DNA of 64,000 bases from Tubulanus polymorphus (lineage: Eukaryota; Animalia; Nemertea): the NCBI RefSeq assembly GCF_964204645.1, contig NC_134032.1, positions 6,622,275 through 6,686,274 of the forward strand, written 5' to 3'. Of the stretch, positions 49,217 to 62,001 are shown one piece after another (position 1 is the stretch's first letter; each line of letters begins with the position of its first letter). A program made the translations under genes and the position numbers. The notes below the pieces were generated by a model. The model made no database searches, had not been told where the DNA came from, and saw nothing but the letters and a program-made list of their open reading frames with translations.

Positions 49217-52200
49217 TTAAAGTTGTGTTCTGTACGCAATAGGTTGTTGTGTGTGTACAGTCTTAATTGGTTCAATCTTGGAGTAATCATTTGTCAAATG
49301 ATTACTTCAAGGTTCAATCATCATCGGTTAGGTGGTCACATTACAGAATTATTTTTGAGTCCCAATTTCTATTTCTAATTCAAATTACTGAATGTACGTT
49401 ATCATTTGGAAGTCATCACATGTGGCCTCTATTTTGAGTCCCAAATTGTTTTTGCAATTCAATTTAACATGTGTAAGTCATCATTTTGATAAATATCTTC
49501 GGATGACTTATCAGCAAGCACGACTGTATGACAAGTTTTATTGGTGCAATAAGATTATGCTTTGTGATAAGTTGATGTCAATATACAGTCTTCTTTTCTC
49601 AGTTGAATGCTCTTTGAGGCAGAAAATATTTTACAAAGGCTTGGTATGAAATCGAATTTTCTTGGGATCGTCCTGAGTTGCTCAAAACTTGTTTTGGAGT
49701 TAACCAGTAGATTACTGCCATAGTGAAAATGCAACTCGTCAGTGTGGTATTTATCTGCCTGGATCCAATTTCACAGTTGTGAGTTCGAGTTAACGCTAAA
49801 CTCAAGATTCAGTTCCACAGTTGTGAGCTCGAACTAACTCTGAACTCAGTACCCAGATCCACAATTGCGAGTTAAACATGTGCTATTAAACCATGGACTC
49901 TTAAACGAATGAAATTATATTTATATAGCTAATCCGGTCCACGATGGCATTAAATATGATTCATTCTAAATTTGTCTGATTATGACCGGTTTGTTTCCTT
50001 TGTATTATGTACGAGTCAGATTTTAACCTTGAATTGTGGAACTGGACCGCGTTTGTTGACTAAACCATTGTTTCAACCAACTTTTGGACAACTGACCAGT
50101 TGTGTAGTTCATTGTTATCGCAACAAATTCAATATATATGTATAACTGTTATCGCAATATTAACTGTTAATGCATGCATAAATTCTATAGTAAAATCTAA
50201 AGATGAGTAGAAGTCTTTTATGATGCCACTTTATTGGGACGAATGAAAAACAGCGTTAAAACGAATTTGGCAGCGTTATAAAGAATGGTACATGTATTTC
50301 CATTGAATAATTTAAGTTAGATTGAGCACATTTGTTTTCTGAGCAATTTTGGCGTTAAGTAAGCAGTGACATTGTGAAGGATGGCGTTATAAAGGACTTT
50401 GAATATAATTTTGTATACATTTTATATACTTTGATAGTTAATGTTATTATGCAAACTTTATCAGAAAAATACTGTAAACGTCGCCTAACTCGGACAAACT
50501 GGGACCAGCAAATCGTTCTGAGGTAAACTTAGTCTGAGTTAGAGGATTAGAAAATATATTAGGAAGTCAGAAAATCATATCGTTTTTGTTGACGTTAGTC
50601 TAGAGTCCGATGAGTTGGTCAGGCTCAGGTTAGGCGAGGTTTCTGTCTAGCGAATTGTTAATGGGGAAATTTTGATATTCAAATATTTTTATATTAACTG
50701 ATTCATGCGATGGTTTTCTGATTATTATATTCTTTGATTAAATTTATCATTATTATTATTATTATTATTATATCATATATATTTTGTTGTGTTTGTGTTG
50801 TTTGGTTATCGATGAAATCGTGCCCGAGCCAGCTTTTAGCGCGGGACAAATGATTGTGTTTGAATTGCAACTGCTTCCGGAAATGACTCGCTTCGTTTGT
50901 TTAAGCATTGTTCAGTATCAAGTGAGTGATTTACGCGTGAATGCGCTCTCTAATTAGGCACGGGCCAAATTTAACTCGGGCCTGATCCGGGCCGGGGCTA
51001 AACCGTCTCCGTGTGATCGTGGCTCGTTCGTCGGACGTATTACGGAGGAGTTCGTCCCTGAACATTTAATGATAGTTAATTGTTCTCGGACAATACGATT
51101 CAAATGTCAGCGACGTGCTCTAGACCGGTTTCAACCAGTTTCTATATCGCTGAGATATGCAGATTTCGTACCATTCAGCCAATCACCGACGAGTATGACA
51201 AATTCCGCGTCCAATCACTGAAAGTATTCTCGGTAGGTGGACCTGGTGTTGGCAACGCCGACGCGTCATGAAATATAGTTCAATTCATTAACGAATCACC
51301 TATCTTATCTCTGATATACTTTATGCTGTGGATAATGGATTGGTTTCAAAAAGACCCGCAGTTTATTCCCCGAAAGCACGAGGGAGCGAGGGATTTTCGT
51401 CAAGATGTCTGTTGAGATGATTGTCGGTTCAATTATCATTTAAAAGTCTTTGAAATTGATGCACATTGGTCTGTCGATCTTTTTATGAACTATGACCAGC
51501 CACATCCTCACTCTAAAGTTTAAGGTAAAACAAATCGATCTGATGTATTTGTTCCTGCCTACCACTGTCTGAGGCTCCAGTCTCACCGTGGCCGGGGCAC
51601 TAGGTGAATAGATTTGCATTTATCAAAAGAGTAGTATGAACAATGTAATATTGGACCTCGAGAGCACAGGACCTTTGGTCCTCTAGTTTTATTTTCATTG
51701 GTTTCCACGCGCTGCGACGGATCATTCTTTGTTATCCAGGCTTTATTCCCATTATTGCAACGATAAATCGTACCGTTTCATCCTAGACGCTCCGCTCATT
51801 TTGAGACGAAAATTCCAACTTTTTTTAAGCGAGCTAGGTCTGTACATAGGTGTTAATATATACAATCTTTGCGCCTTTTTGCAGTAGTAGGAATCCAGCT
51901 GACTTAAGCGCCCGTAGGCATATGACTGATTGATTTTATCCGGTTCTGGCGCTACCCAGCATTTCGATAATTATTCAGCATTCGATCAAACCCGAAGAGA
52001 TAAGATGCTTAAGAACTTTGACTTTTTGACGTCTAGCGACGCAGTACTTTGACAGATTGGCCGACGGATGCTGCCCCACGGCGACTGAAATGTCGAAACA
52101 AAGCAAAATCGTTTCAACTATCAGTATGGATTTCGACGGAGTTATCAATAGGGCATACATATCCGTTTCCCTTTCATCCGCAAGGAGAATCGCCTCTGAC

Positions 52201-52240
52201 GGGGTTCCCTTATCGTTTAGATCTAAGCTGCCAACGTAGC

Positions 52241-52248
52241 TATAAATA
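52241..52248 (+). promoter_or_regulatory. TATA box of the prepropeptide gene
   Basis: TATAAATA about 30 bp upstream of a putative non-coding first exon whose donor gtaagt starts at 52343. Confidence 0.6.
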
Positions 52249-52665
52249 CACGCCACGTCGCTGAAACATTATCAACTAACCAACACTAACAAACACTTGT
52301 TCATTTGCTTGCTTCGGATTCATGCTTATACGTCCAAACAAAGTAAGTTTTAATATTTAGCTGCAGTGTATTATTTAAATGAACAGCGTATCTGGAGTAC
52401 GCGTAGTTTTTGTGTTAACAATATTTTTACAAGAACGGGCATACTTAATATGACGTTTAGAAAGGGCAACCATATACGGCGTATGCGGGCGCCCGGGAAT
52501 TTCCTATCAAAATGCTGCAACAAACCGCAATCTGTCGCTGATTCTTCATGCCAGCTTCTAACAGACAGCAGTGCCGGCCGCGAACCAGCCGCTTTTAAAA
52601 TGGTAGACTAGAGTAGGGGCCGATAAAATGATTATATATCTAATCTAGCTTATGTAATATTTTAG

Positions 52666-55600
52666 ATGCATCACCGGCCATTCGTTATATTCATCGCGTT
52701 TATCGTCGCAATGGTGACGATCGTCAAATGCGACGGACAAGCTACGGGTAATTATGTATAGACAGGTTACACGCGTGGCGTCACAGTGCGTCATTGACTC
52801 TCAAACGCAACGATGTATAAAAAAACTATGAGTTAAGGCAAGTGGCGAACACAAGTTAAAAGAGTAAGACGGCCATTTGATTTCCTTCATGACGCATGTG
52901 TGAACAATACGAGTGAGATCCGTGAACACCTTTAAGAAACGTGTGGTTCGAATTATAGCCACAAAGGGGAAAAAGTCTAAAGGTGACATCTGTTGACCAA
53001 TTTCTTAAACTTCTATTCTGATATCTTTCTTCTAGATATAATTGCGGCCGCGATATTTCAAACGCATTCACCACAAACCCTAACTTCACATGCAGCGTTG
53101 AATTTCAGGCAAGGGTCATTCGATGCGTTTGGTTCATTCTAGTTTGAACTAAAATCTCGCAAACCGTCAAAGTTTCATTCTCTTCACGCGTTTTCTTTTT
53201 TTCATGATAAAAGCCGTCGCTTTCGTGAAAGAGACCCACAATATTGAAGATTTAACGCTCTTCGTTTTTTACCGAATCCTAACTCAAACGGACCGAAATC
53301 GTTAATACACGAAAATTATCATTTCTCTAGGAAATGAAGCCTTTGCTCGCACCGGGAGACATTCTAGCACAGACGGGGATAAGAGACCGAAGTCAATTCG
53401 TAAGAAACATTTTTTCATCCACATTAACATTTTGCATTTCTACTACTTTTGCTTATTGAGTAATATCTAAAGACAAACAATCATTCCACGTGTTCGACTT
53501 TATCCTACTCTAGCCATCTTCAAGAATACTGATGTTGTCCTCATTATAATCGTTGATGAAAAATGTATAGATCAGTAGTTAACTCGACATTCTCATAGCA
53601 ATTTAAATGTACATGTAGTTCTCACTATTAATGGTAGTGAACGCTACTCAGTTGTCTGCAAGATACACCACCATCAAAAGCTCGTACTATCGATAAAATC
53701 TATGTAAAGGCGAAACAAATTGGTACCTTTTTTAGCCCATTTGGGACTTAATTAAGTCCCAGTGGGCTATTGCGTTCACCTTTCGTCCGTCGTCCGTCCA
53801 TTCGTCCGTCCGTAGACGGAATCCAGTTATTTTGGGAAGTTTTGAACACGCTTCAAGGTAATGTCTTGATATTTGGTTTATACATCTACCCTAGACACAT
53901 CGTCAGCCCAAAAACTTGCCCTCTCAGATTTAAGATGGCCGACTGGCAGCCATTGTTGCAGCATTGGCAGCCAAAAATTCAACACTTTTTACACATTTTT
54001 GAAGTTTTCGAGGGAAGTTTTGAAGACGCTTTTATCAATTACCTTGTCTTTCGGATATATTTGTATCCCTCAAGGGCCCATCATTGGGTCGATCGGATTC
54101 AAGATGGCCATCCTTTGACCTTTTTGTGCCCAAAAATGTCGATTTTGGCCTGAGTTCCTATAATTTCCTAATGGTTTGCCATTTTTCATTGCATAAAATC
54201 GGTATTCTTTGAAAAAAATATTTTATACCTGAGACAGGTATTTTTGATCAGCCAATTATGACGCAATTGGAGGCCATCTTGGTGTCATCAGTACTCATTC
54301 GTAGTAGGAAAAAAGTATTTCCAAATAATATTGATACTTTAGCGTATTTTGTTACCAGAATCAATTGGAAAGTTGTAGCTCATAACGTGTTCTATGATTG
54401 TGGTGAGTTTCAAGGTCATGAGATTTTGTATATGGCCACCAGGGGGCATTGAAAAATGCAATAACTTAGTATTTCTATATTATATTGGTGCCTATGCATA
54501 TTTTGTTACCACAATCGATTAAAAAGTTGTAGCTCATGACATGCTCAATGATTATGGTGAGTTTCAACGTCACTAGTTATTCTATATAGCCACCAGGGGC
54601 GTTTAATAGTAGAATAGCTTAGTATTTCCTTATTATATTGGTACCTAGACATGTTTTGTTACCATGATCAATTGCAAAGTTGTAGCTCATAACATGTTCT
54701 ATGAATCAAGTGATTTAAAAGGTCATTGGGCTTTGCATATGGTCACCAGGGCCGTTGAATACTAGAATAATATTTCCATATTATATTGGTAACTAGGCAT
54801 AGTCTGTTACCGTAATCAATTACAAAATCGTAGCTGCTGACATGTTCTATGATTGTGGTGAGTTTCAAGGTCATTGGTTTTATATATGGCCACCATGGGG
54901 CGTTGAACTATTCAATAACCTAGTATTTCCATATATTCGTACCTATCAATTAGAAACCACTATCAATTGGAAAGTTCTAGCTCATGACACGGTCTATAAT
55001 TGTGGTGAGATTCAAGGTCATTGGTTTTTGTATATGGCCACCAGGGGGCGTTGAACAATACAATAACAAGGTATTCCCTTATTATATTGGCACCTAGTTA
55101 TATTTTGTTACCATGATCAATTGAAACGCTGTAGCTCATGACATGTTCTATGATTATGGTTAGTTTCAAAGTCATTGGGCTTTGCATATGGTCACCAGGG
55201 GGCGTTGTACAGTAGAATAACTTAGTATTTCCATATTATAGTGGTAACTTGGCATATTTTGTTACCAAAATCAATTTCAAAATCGTAGCTGCTGACATGT
55301 TCTATAATTGTGGTGAGTTTCAAGGTCATTGAATTTTTTCAAGTTCATTGGATGGGGGTGTTGAATATAGAAATTGTTAGATTGTTGAGCATTTGAAACC
55401 ACTTCCAAGTGGGCATGGTGTCCCTGGACCCCTAGTTCTATTTTCTGCTGACCTTAAAAGTTGACGCATCTGCCTCTCTACCCTAGTGCAACTTCAAAAA
55501 TCATGTTTAACGTAACAGACTCGGCATTTAGGAGCCATAAAAGACATCCACTCTGTAGGGGAGGGGGTTTAAGTTTTTTCGACTTTTGTTGACAAGGAGA

Positions 55601-56119
55601 GTTCCTGTGATATAGATGTCCATGTTGAAAGGGGGTCACTAGTTTAGGGACATCTTTTGTGGATAAAAGTTTAAAAGTAAAATCACTCAATCCTCATATG
55701 ACTAGTTCCTGGAACTTACCAGAAAAAGTTATAATTATGATACCAGATTTAGGAATAATTGTAAAAACGTTTCTAAAAGTAAAGTTTTTTTAATGCTGCA
55801 TCAAATCTTTATCAAGTGTGAAAATTAAGGTCCACTGTCCGTCGGACAAGGGGCAAGCTGGTATGGATTTTATGTGGACTGACATAGGAGGGGGTCAGAT
55901 ATTCCATATTTTGTGTGGACGTCTTTTAATGGACAGCCCCTTGTAGAAATGAACTGATTAGAAATTTACAAAAGTGACCCGATCGATTAGGGGAAATAAG
56001 GTATCATGTTTTAGGCTAACCTTCAAAGTACTATTTGCTTTCATTTTTCTGTTTTAATTGCAGAACGCCGAAATCCAGATAACAACTGCTACCGCTTCCG
56101 CTGCACTGGGAAGAAATAG
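52666..56119 (+). CDS. Secreted prepropeptide (68 aa), predicted to yield amidated cyclic peptide NPDNNCYRFRCT-NH2
   Basis: Exons 52666-52747, 53331-53399, 56064-56119 (both introns phase 1, GT-AG) give MHHRPFVIFIAFIVAMVTIVKCDGQATGNEAFARTGRHSSTDGDKRPKSIQRRNPDNNCYRFRCTGKK*. Hydrophobic signal peptide, RR cleavage site, GKK amidation signal. TATAAATA at 52241, non-coding exon ending at 52342 (gtaagt), AATAAA at 56180. Confidence 0.8.
53728..55437 (+). mobile_element. HINE-like element (about 7 core units) in an intron of the prepropeptide gene
   Basis: Full termini; ~154-bp tandem array at about 54330-55380. Confidence 0.87.
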
Positions 56120-57299
56120 TCTCTTATGGGTCTCCTTATTGCGCATATATAGATGCATGTACATCCCAATACAAACCTCAATAAATATTTCATCGTCTAC
56201 TGATTTTTCGATTTTGTTTTGAGATGTAAAAGACCGAGTAAAATTACGAGTCTGAAATTTTTGAGTTAATGATATATTTCAACTATATCCAGTAATACGC
56301 TATAGTCTCCGCTTGCGGGAGCAATAGATTTTCTCCGAAGTACGCAAATTCTGGGCAGTCCGAATAGGGATAGGTCACGTGATGAATTGTAGCAAGAAAA
56401 TTTGTTACATTTGTCAAGCGGGGCACGTCGCGTAATAATAATTCGAGGCAATCACGACTCCGTGGCAAAGCAGATTCCGGGAACGTGATAACCAGAGGTG
56501 ATCGACCTCGGGTAAACACAGTCTTCTCTATTCATCTTCGGAAATTCTGCCAAAATATCCCGAGACAAAAGGCCAGTAACAGCTGTATAAATTAAGAAAA
56601 CCGCGGATTCTATCAACATTCGTCCCTGCTTGTGTCAAACGTTCATTCAATAGATAATGTGCAAAAATAGACAAGTTAGATTTGTTATAGAACCAAATGA
56701 GCTTAATCTGATCTGAAGGTTGTTAGATTGGCATTAATACTAAAATGAGCTTGCACTGGTCTTGAATTGTCGTTCCGCTTTAGAATTAAGATGGAAACCG
56801 GTTTTAAATCTAAGCTATGAGACAATGTCCCAGATGCCGGAGGCTACCTGCCTGATCTGTGCACGCGTACCATTTGCACCTAATCTTGGATATCTTTCGA
56901 CGACTATGTACCAAAGACAAGGAACACTTATCGCAACACGACCAGATCGCAACATCATTTACTTAATTTACAGCTTATATACTTGCAAACATTCGCGGAC
57001 ATATATACATCTATATTCTTTTCGATGGCAACATTTCGAATCATTAAATCATTTGACCTGCCCATGCCACCCGTCGATGCAAGCGCTGCGCGACTCATGC
57101 AGGGAAAGAAAAGGAACGAAAACAAAACCAGCTACAAATGTATAAAGAAGAACATATGGCGCGATGAATGAATTGTTCGATCTAACAGTCTTTCGGTGAC
57201 GAAGTTCACCAGATGCCTTAAAAGTAGCTTATTCGCATTGGTTCCTTCATTCGACGAGGCCCGCTTCGCAATAAGAGGAATTTGGAGTATTCAACGAAA

Positions 57300-60036
57300 A
57301 TGAAGATGAAGTGGTTTTATTTAGCTGTCGTTGTTGTCGCTTGTTTGGTTTCAGTAGACGAAGTTCATTCTTTAGGATGCGAAACGAGAGAAGAGACCCT
57401 CGACGGTGTTCCGGTGAAATATAGGGTTCGTATGTTTTATTTATCACATATATATATCTATAAATGTATCATGTTTTTGTCAAATTATATTTTTCGAGCT
57501 ACATACTTCAATAACGGGAGAGCGAGAGCGATACATTGAATTCGGTAGCCCAATTTAAAGAAACCCAAGAGTCGCTTGATGGAAATTGTTTACACGAACT
57601 AGAACCGAAATTTCCAATTATATGTACTTCGATTTTTAAAAAAATCTCTAAATTCGACCGACCACATCCAACTCTATTTCTACTTCAATTACTGATTTCA
57701 ATGCTAAACCCCTCTCTGCTCCTGGCATGTGTGACTGATGGATTCGTCAAAATAAGTACAGGCATATGTATAAATCAAATTGAGGGATATCATCTGTAAC
57801 TCCTGTCGATCGAAACTAACGAAAAGAACGAAAACGATAAATGTCGCAAATACGACTTTTTATTCTGAGACTGAGACTTGGCACGACGTCGATCCGACAC
57901 GATCGAGTAACAACGTAGAACTGACGATTAACTACAGAAAAACCAATACAACACTTTACATCTCTTTACATACATACAAGAACTATAACAATAAAAAAAC
58001 AATAGATCGGTTTAATTGACCGAAACATTAGGGCCCTCGAACTTTAGACAGAGTTACACAACAAGGCAAAATAAGAGGAAAATGGCGCATAAAGCGTACC
58101 AGCAATTTCCGGTACAAAAATATAAAATTAACTACCAAATAAACCAGCTAGCCCCAACTTCTGTCCTTGCAAAACTGCTTCATCGATTCTCCATACGTAT
58201 GTCTTTATTGTAGGTATGCGGAGAGAATTGCCCGGTGTTTTCAAGTGAAAACGAACTTTGTACCCCTCATCATTACGAGGAAGACGGTAAAGAGTATTTC
58301 AAAGTAAACGAAGGTGCCGGCGAGCGAGTTTGTCAATGCCCTCAGAACTATATCTGTACGGTAGGTAGAAAGTATTAGTTCGTTAGATCATACACTATTG
58401 AAAGGACTGACGATGATCGCATCCTCCCCCAGCGCAGAGTTTCGAACCTGATGTGAAATTTGCCTCAGTGATTATACAACGCGCAATCTGATCGGTGCCG
58501 CAAGTTATCATAAAGGCTGGCTTGTGTCGACAAGCAACGCGACGCCTACCGACGCAACTGGGTTTATCGCCGATAAGCGGCAACTAGCGGCCTACGAGAG
58601 GCCGCCAGTTGCTGCTCTTTCGGTTCGACATAAGCCGGCTTGCGGCGGCAACTCGACGCCCACCGACTCGTCGCAAGCCGTATCCGGCTAGTTGCCCAAT
58701 TTCTACTCCGGCCTACGGTAGGCGGACAGTTGCTTTCGATCGCAACCGACATAAGCTCATCTACGTACGACGCTACGGAACTGAGCGCAGGAGTTCCAGC
58801 TGATAAGAGACCGCATATACATAGTACAAAAGTCAGGTAAAGCTACCTGCATGCGTACCCGGTCTAGTGTCCCGTGACTAAGTCTAGCGATACATCAGGT
58901 TCGAATCCCTACCGAGGGAGGATGCGATGAACCTCCTGAAGACTGATTCCTGATTTGAAATTTCGATCTGATAGTGACAATATTGACAAATTTGACTATG
59001 TATCTTAAGAAACATTCCTTTGTTTCCATTTCATCCTTTTTTCTCATACCGTAATCTATGAGGGCTAGATAAAAGATGCCTTGTTTCTCCCCTTCCCACT
59101 GAGGTTATCAGGCAGACAGGCTGGGCTGGTGTTCTATTATCATTATTTGTCATCAAAATTTGTTGGGATTCTGCCCCAGGCAGGCAGGATTTCATTTAGA
59201 ATTTTATCAAAAACAAATCAATAAGATTTTTGCTAAATAAAAAGAGATTGAAACTTCCAAATATGGATATAAAAAAGCATATAAACACCTACTGGCAGCA
59301 TATTAATCTTTTCAAGTGATATATATCACCATATTGCCGGTAGCAAATACAAGCGAGGACAGGGAGTTGGAGTCGGCGTCCCCGTTTGTTGATACACTGA
59401 TATACTCTGTGCATAAATAACAGGTAAAATGGTTCGACCTGTCAAAAGAACAACCAAACACTTAACTCCTTCCGTGACCCTAAGTGTGAGAATGAACTTC
59501 GTAATACACATGAAATATGTTACAGAAAACCATGGACTCTAAAACGATACTCTAAAACGTTGAGTCCTTGGGAAAACCAAGACAACAATTTTGATTTTTG
59601 AGGAATCCTAAACCATCAACGGCATTGAACCTTCAGCAGTAAGTTTCTCCTTACCGAGGATTCATTAGACTGCTTTGAAGGCGCGTGTCACTCCGTTGAA
59701 TTTCCCTCAAATTAAGTTCTATTTACGCCCGGCGGGCCGGAATTTAAAAGAGTCAATGAGCCTGAAACGGTTCTTTTTCAATGTGTGACTGTAATGGACA
59801 ACGTTTCAACATTCACATTCTCCCGCGGCGAGGATTCGAACCCGATTGCTTAGCGAGACTCTACCACAGGCCACTTTATATACAAGACCGTACTTCATTA
59901 CTTATATGAAATTTTTGAAAGTGCGCAAAATACATTTTCTATTTTACAGAGGCGGATTATAGAACTACAGGAGAAGTTCGTGTGTCATCCAGAGGCAGCA
60001 GCAGTTTACGAAGATAGAATGGCACTAGATGATTAA
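57300..60036 (+). CDS. Secreted cysteine-rich protein (119 aa, 8 Cys in mature part), colipase/prokineticin-like spacing
   Basis: Exons 57300-57425, 58214-58360, 59950-60036 (phase 0, GT-AG): MKMKWFYLAVVVVACLVSVDEVHSLGCETREETLDGVPVKYR|VCGENCPVFSSENELCTPHHYEEDGKEYFKVNEGAGERVCQCPQNYICT|RRIIELQEKFVCHPEAAAVYEDRMALDD*. Signal peptide present; TATA-like tataaag at 57141. Confidence 0.78.
58416..58928. mobile_element. GC-rich MITE/foldback element in intron 2 of the Cys-rich gene
   Basis: ~40-bp imperfect TIR ATCGCATCCTCCC...TTCGAACCTGATGT; internal hairpin-rich duplicated units. Confidence 0.7.
59575..59875 (-). mobile_element. tRNA-derived SINE
   Basis: Minus-strand A-box-like GTGGCCTGTGG (59874-59864) and B box GGTTCGAATCC (59842-59832). 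No cloverleaf; the 3' boundary is approximate. Confidence 0.55.
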
Positions 60037-61706
60037 AAAGAGTTCTTACATGTAGCAGGGGTGGATCTAGGGGTTATTTTGGGGGTACCGACATCGCATT
60101 CCGCATTAAGAATGCCGCTTTTGTTACAAGATAGAGTTCTATAAAACCTGCTACAAATATGACGCTGATCCTCACAGAGATTGCGTCTTTTCGGATTTCA
60201 AATATAACATACAATGCGTGGTAGCTCCGTCATGGCTGCTTTGTCCGAATAAAACCCTCCTTTTTCTCGAGGGTTTCTTCGTGAAAAAGCATTAACCCAA
60301 AACGGTTAAGTTTGAATTGTTGTCCTTATTGAAAAGAGAAGTAAAATCTACATTCCAACCGGGTTAAAATCCGACAGTGGCGGATTTAAGGGTATATTCA
60401 AAGGTTAATTCCCCTATCTTTTTGTTCAGGTTACCCTTTTTCAAGGTAGAAATAGTTGAAACCAACAAATTTGACACTCATTCTCTCAGAAATTGTATTT
60501 TTCGGATGTATATCTTCAAGAATATTTCTAATCCCGATATTGAAACCTCCCTTGGGCGTGACTGCTCTATCCGATGTATGCCCTTTTTTTCTTTGTCACC
60601 CCCTGCTTTTCGATAATCTCCTTTGATTTTATGTTTAACTTTCTAATGGGACTCAGGACCTCGAATTCCAAAATTCCTAGACGTATCGGCCCCACTCCGC
60701 GTGGCTGCGCCACCGCGCGGGATTTACGCGAAGCAGCAAACACAAACATGGCCACTCTCTCAATTTTCAATGATAGAAATCGTGTGTGCATTTCAATTAT
60801 TTTGGCTGTTAGGGTTTTAAGGCACAATATAAGTTGATGATGTGATATGGCGATGTTAATTAATGATAATTCCGCAGTGAAGCTAGTTACGAACGGTGCC
60901 GATTGAGTGTACAGCTGCCAAAAACACTGAAATGTGCGTAGTTGCGTAACTATTTGCAGTGAATTGCAGACGAAACATGAAGCCTTAACGGCCGTTTTAA
61001 AAAAAATTATACCAATCGCAATTGTAAAATAAAAATGAGATAGAACCTAAGTTAAAATTCTGGCCATTTCTAAAATGTTATTACTAATTTTTAGTCAGTG
61101 CCGAACGTTTAGTTTTCCAACAATAATGAGGGGTGGTAGGTAGTCATGCAATTCAAGTCATCATTTATTACACGTTACTTCCGTGTTGTTGAAAATCTTG
61201 CGAGTCCTGGACCAAATCCCATTGAGCAATGTGATCTGTGTGATGGCCACAAATGCACACAGATCACACTACACTACCCATTACACACTCCAGTACCCAC
61301 AGCTTTCATATATCCATCCAAATATTTAGCGTGTCTTTCTTCCTGGATCCGCCATTGATGCAATAGGTGGCAGATCCAATTACTAATAACACGCAACACA
61401 TACATGTATTTCACTATTTTCTCCGTACCGTATTTTGCGATAACTTATCTTGTTACCACTAGTCTTAATTATCTCTGCTCGACATCTACGATGAAATAAA
61501 GGTTTTTTCCATCATTTCTGGTGTACTATTCTGCATGGAAATGTTCATAATTCTAGTCAAAACCGTGTTTTCTAGATTTAAAAAGAAACAATTTTTGGCA
61601 ATATTCTTTTCAATTTAAGAGTCAGAAATGAACCCAACTACGGTCGAGTTATCGGTCGTTATATCCAGTATAAGATTAATCACATCCTTCTCGAGATGAA
61701 ACTCAA

Positions 61707-62001
61707 CAAGGGCGGATTTAGACCGTGTCGACCGTGTCGCCCGACACGGGCGGAATTATAAAGTGCCTTTTTATTTATTCTCTGTATCAAAATTTGCCGT
61801 TGTAACCACCCGAGATACACAATAGATATTTTTCCTAAATAACCTATGTTTCTTGACTAAATACCTCTCAGAGATGCTCAGAAAGCTCTAAAATGGTAGT
61901 AAAATTTCAAAAATTTTGCTGATATGCCTTTCCGCCCTGAATTAAGAATATGCCCTTTCTATTGGTCGACATGGCCACGACATGCCCTGGATCCGCCCCT
62001 G
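61707..62001. mobile_element. CAGGGGCGGAT-type MITE with 5-bp TSD
   Basis: CAAGGGCGGAT ... ATCCGCCCCTG flanked by CTCAA on both sides. Confidence 0.7.

Noticed and set aside
53770-54452. ORFs within HINE copies (also 31106-31714 and 751-1035)
   Set aside because: Frames are not conserved between paralogous copies; non-coding repeat.
54330-55380. Regular repeats resembling a CRISPR array
   Set aside because: These are contiguous ~154-bp tandem units without unique spacers, inside a eukaryotic transposon, with no cas genes.
59820-59875. tRNA gene (also B-box-like GGATTCGAACC at about 25778)
   Set aside because: No cloverleaf can be formed; treated as SINE heads.
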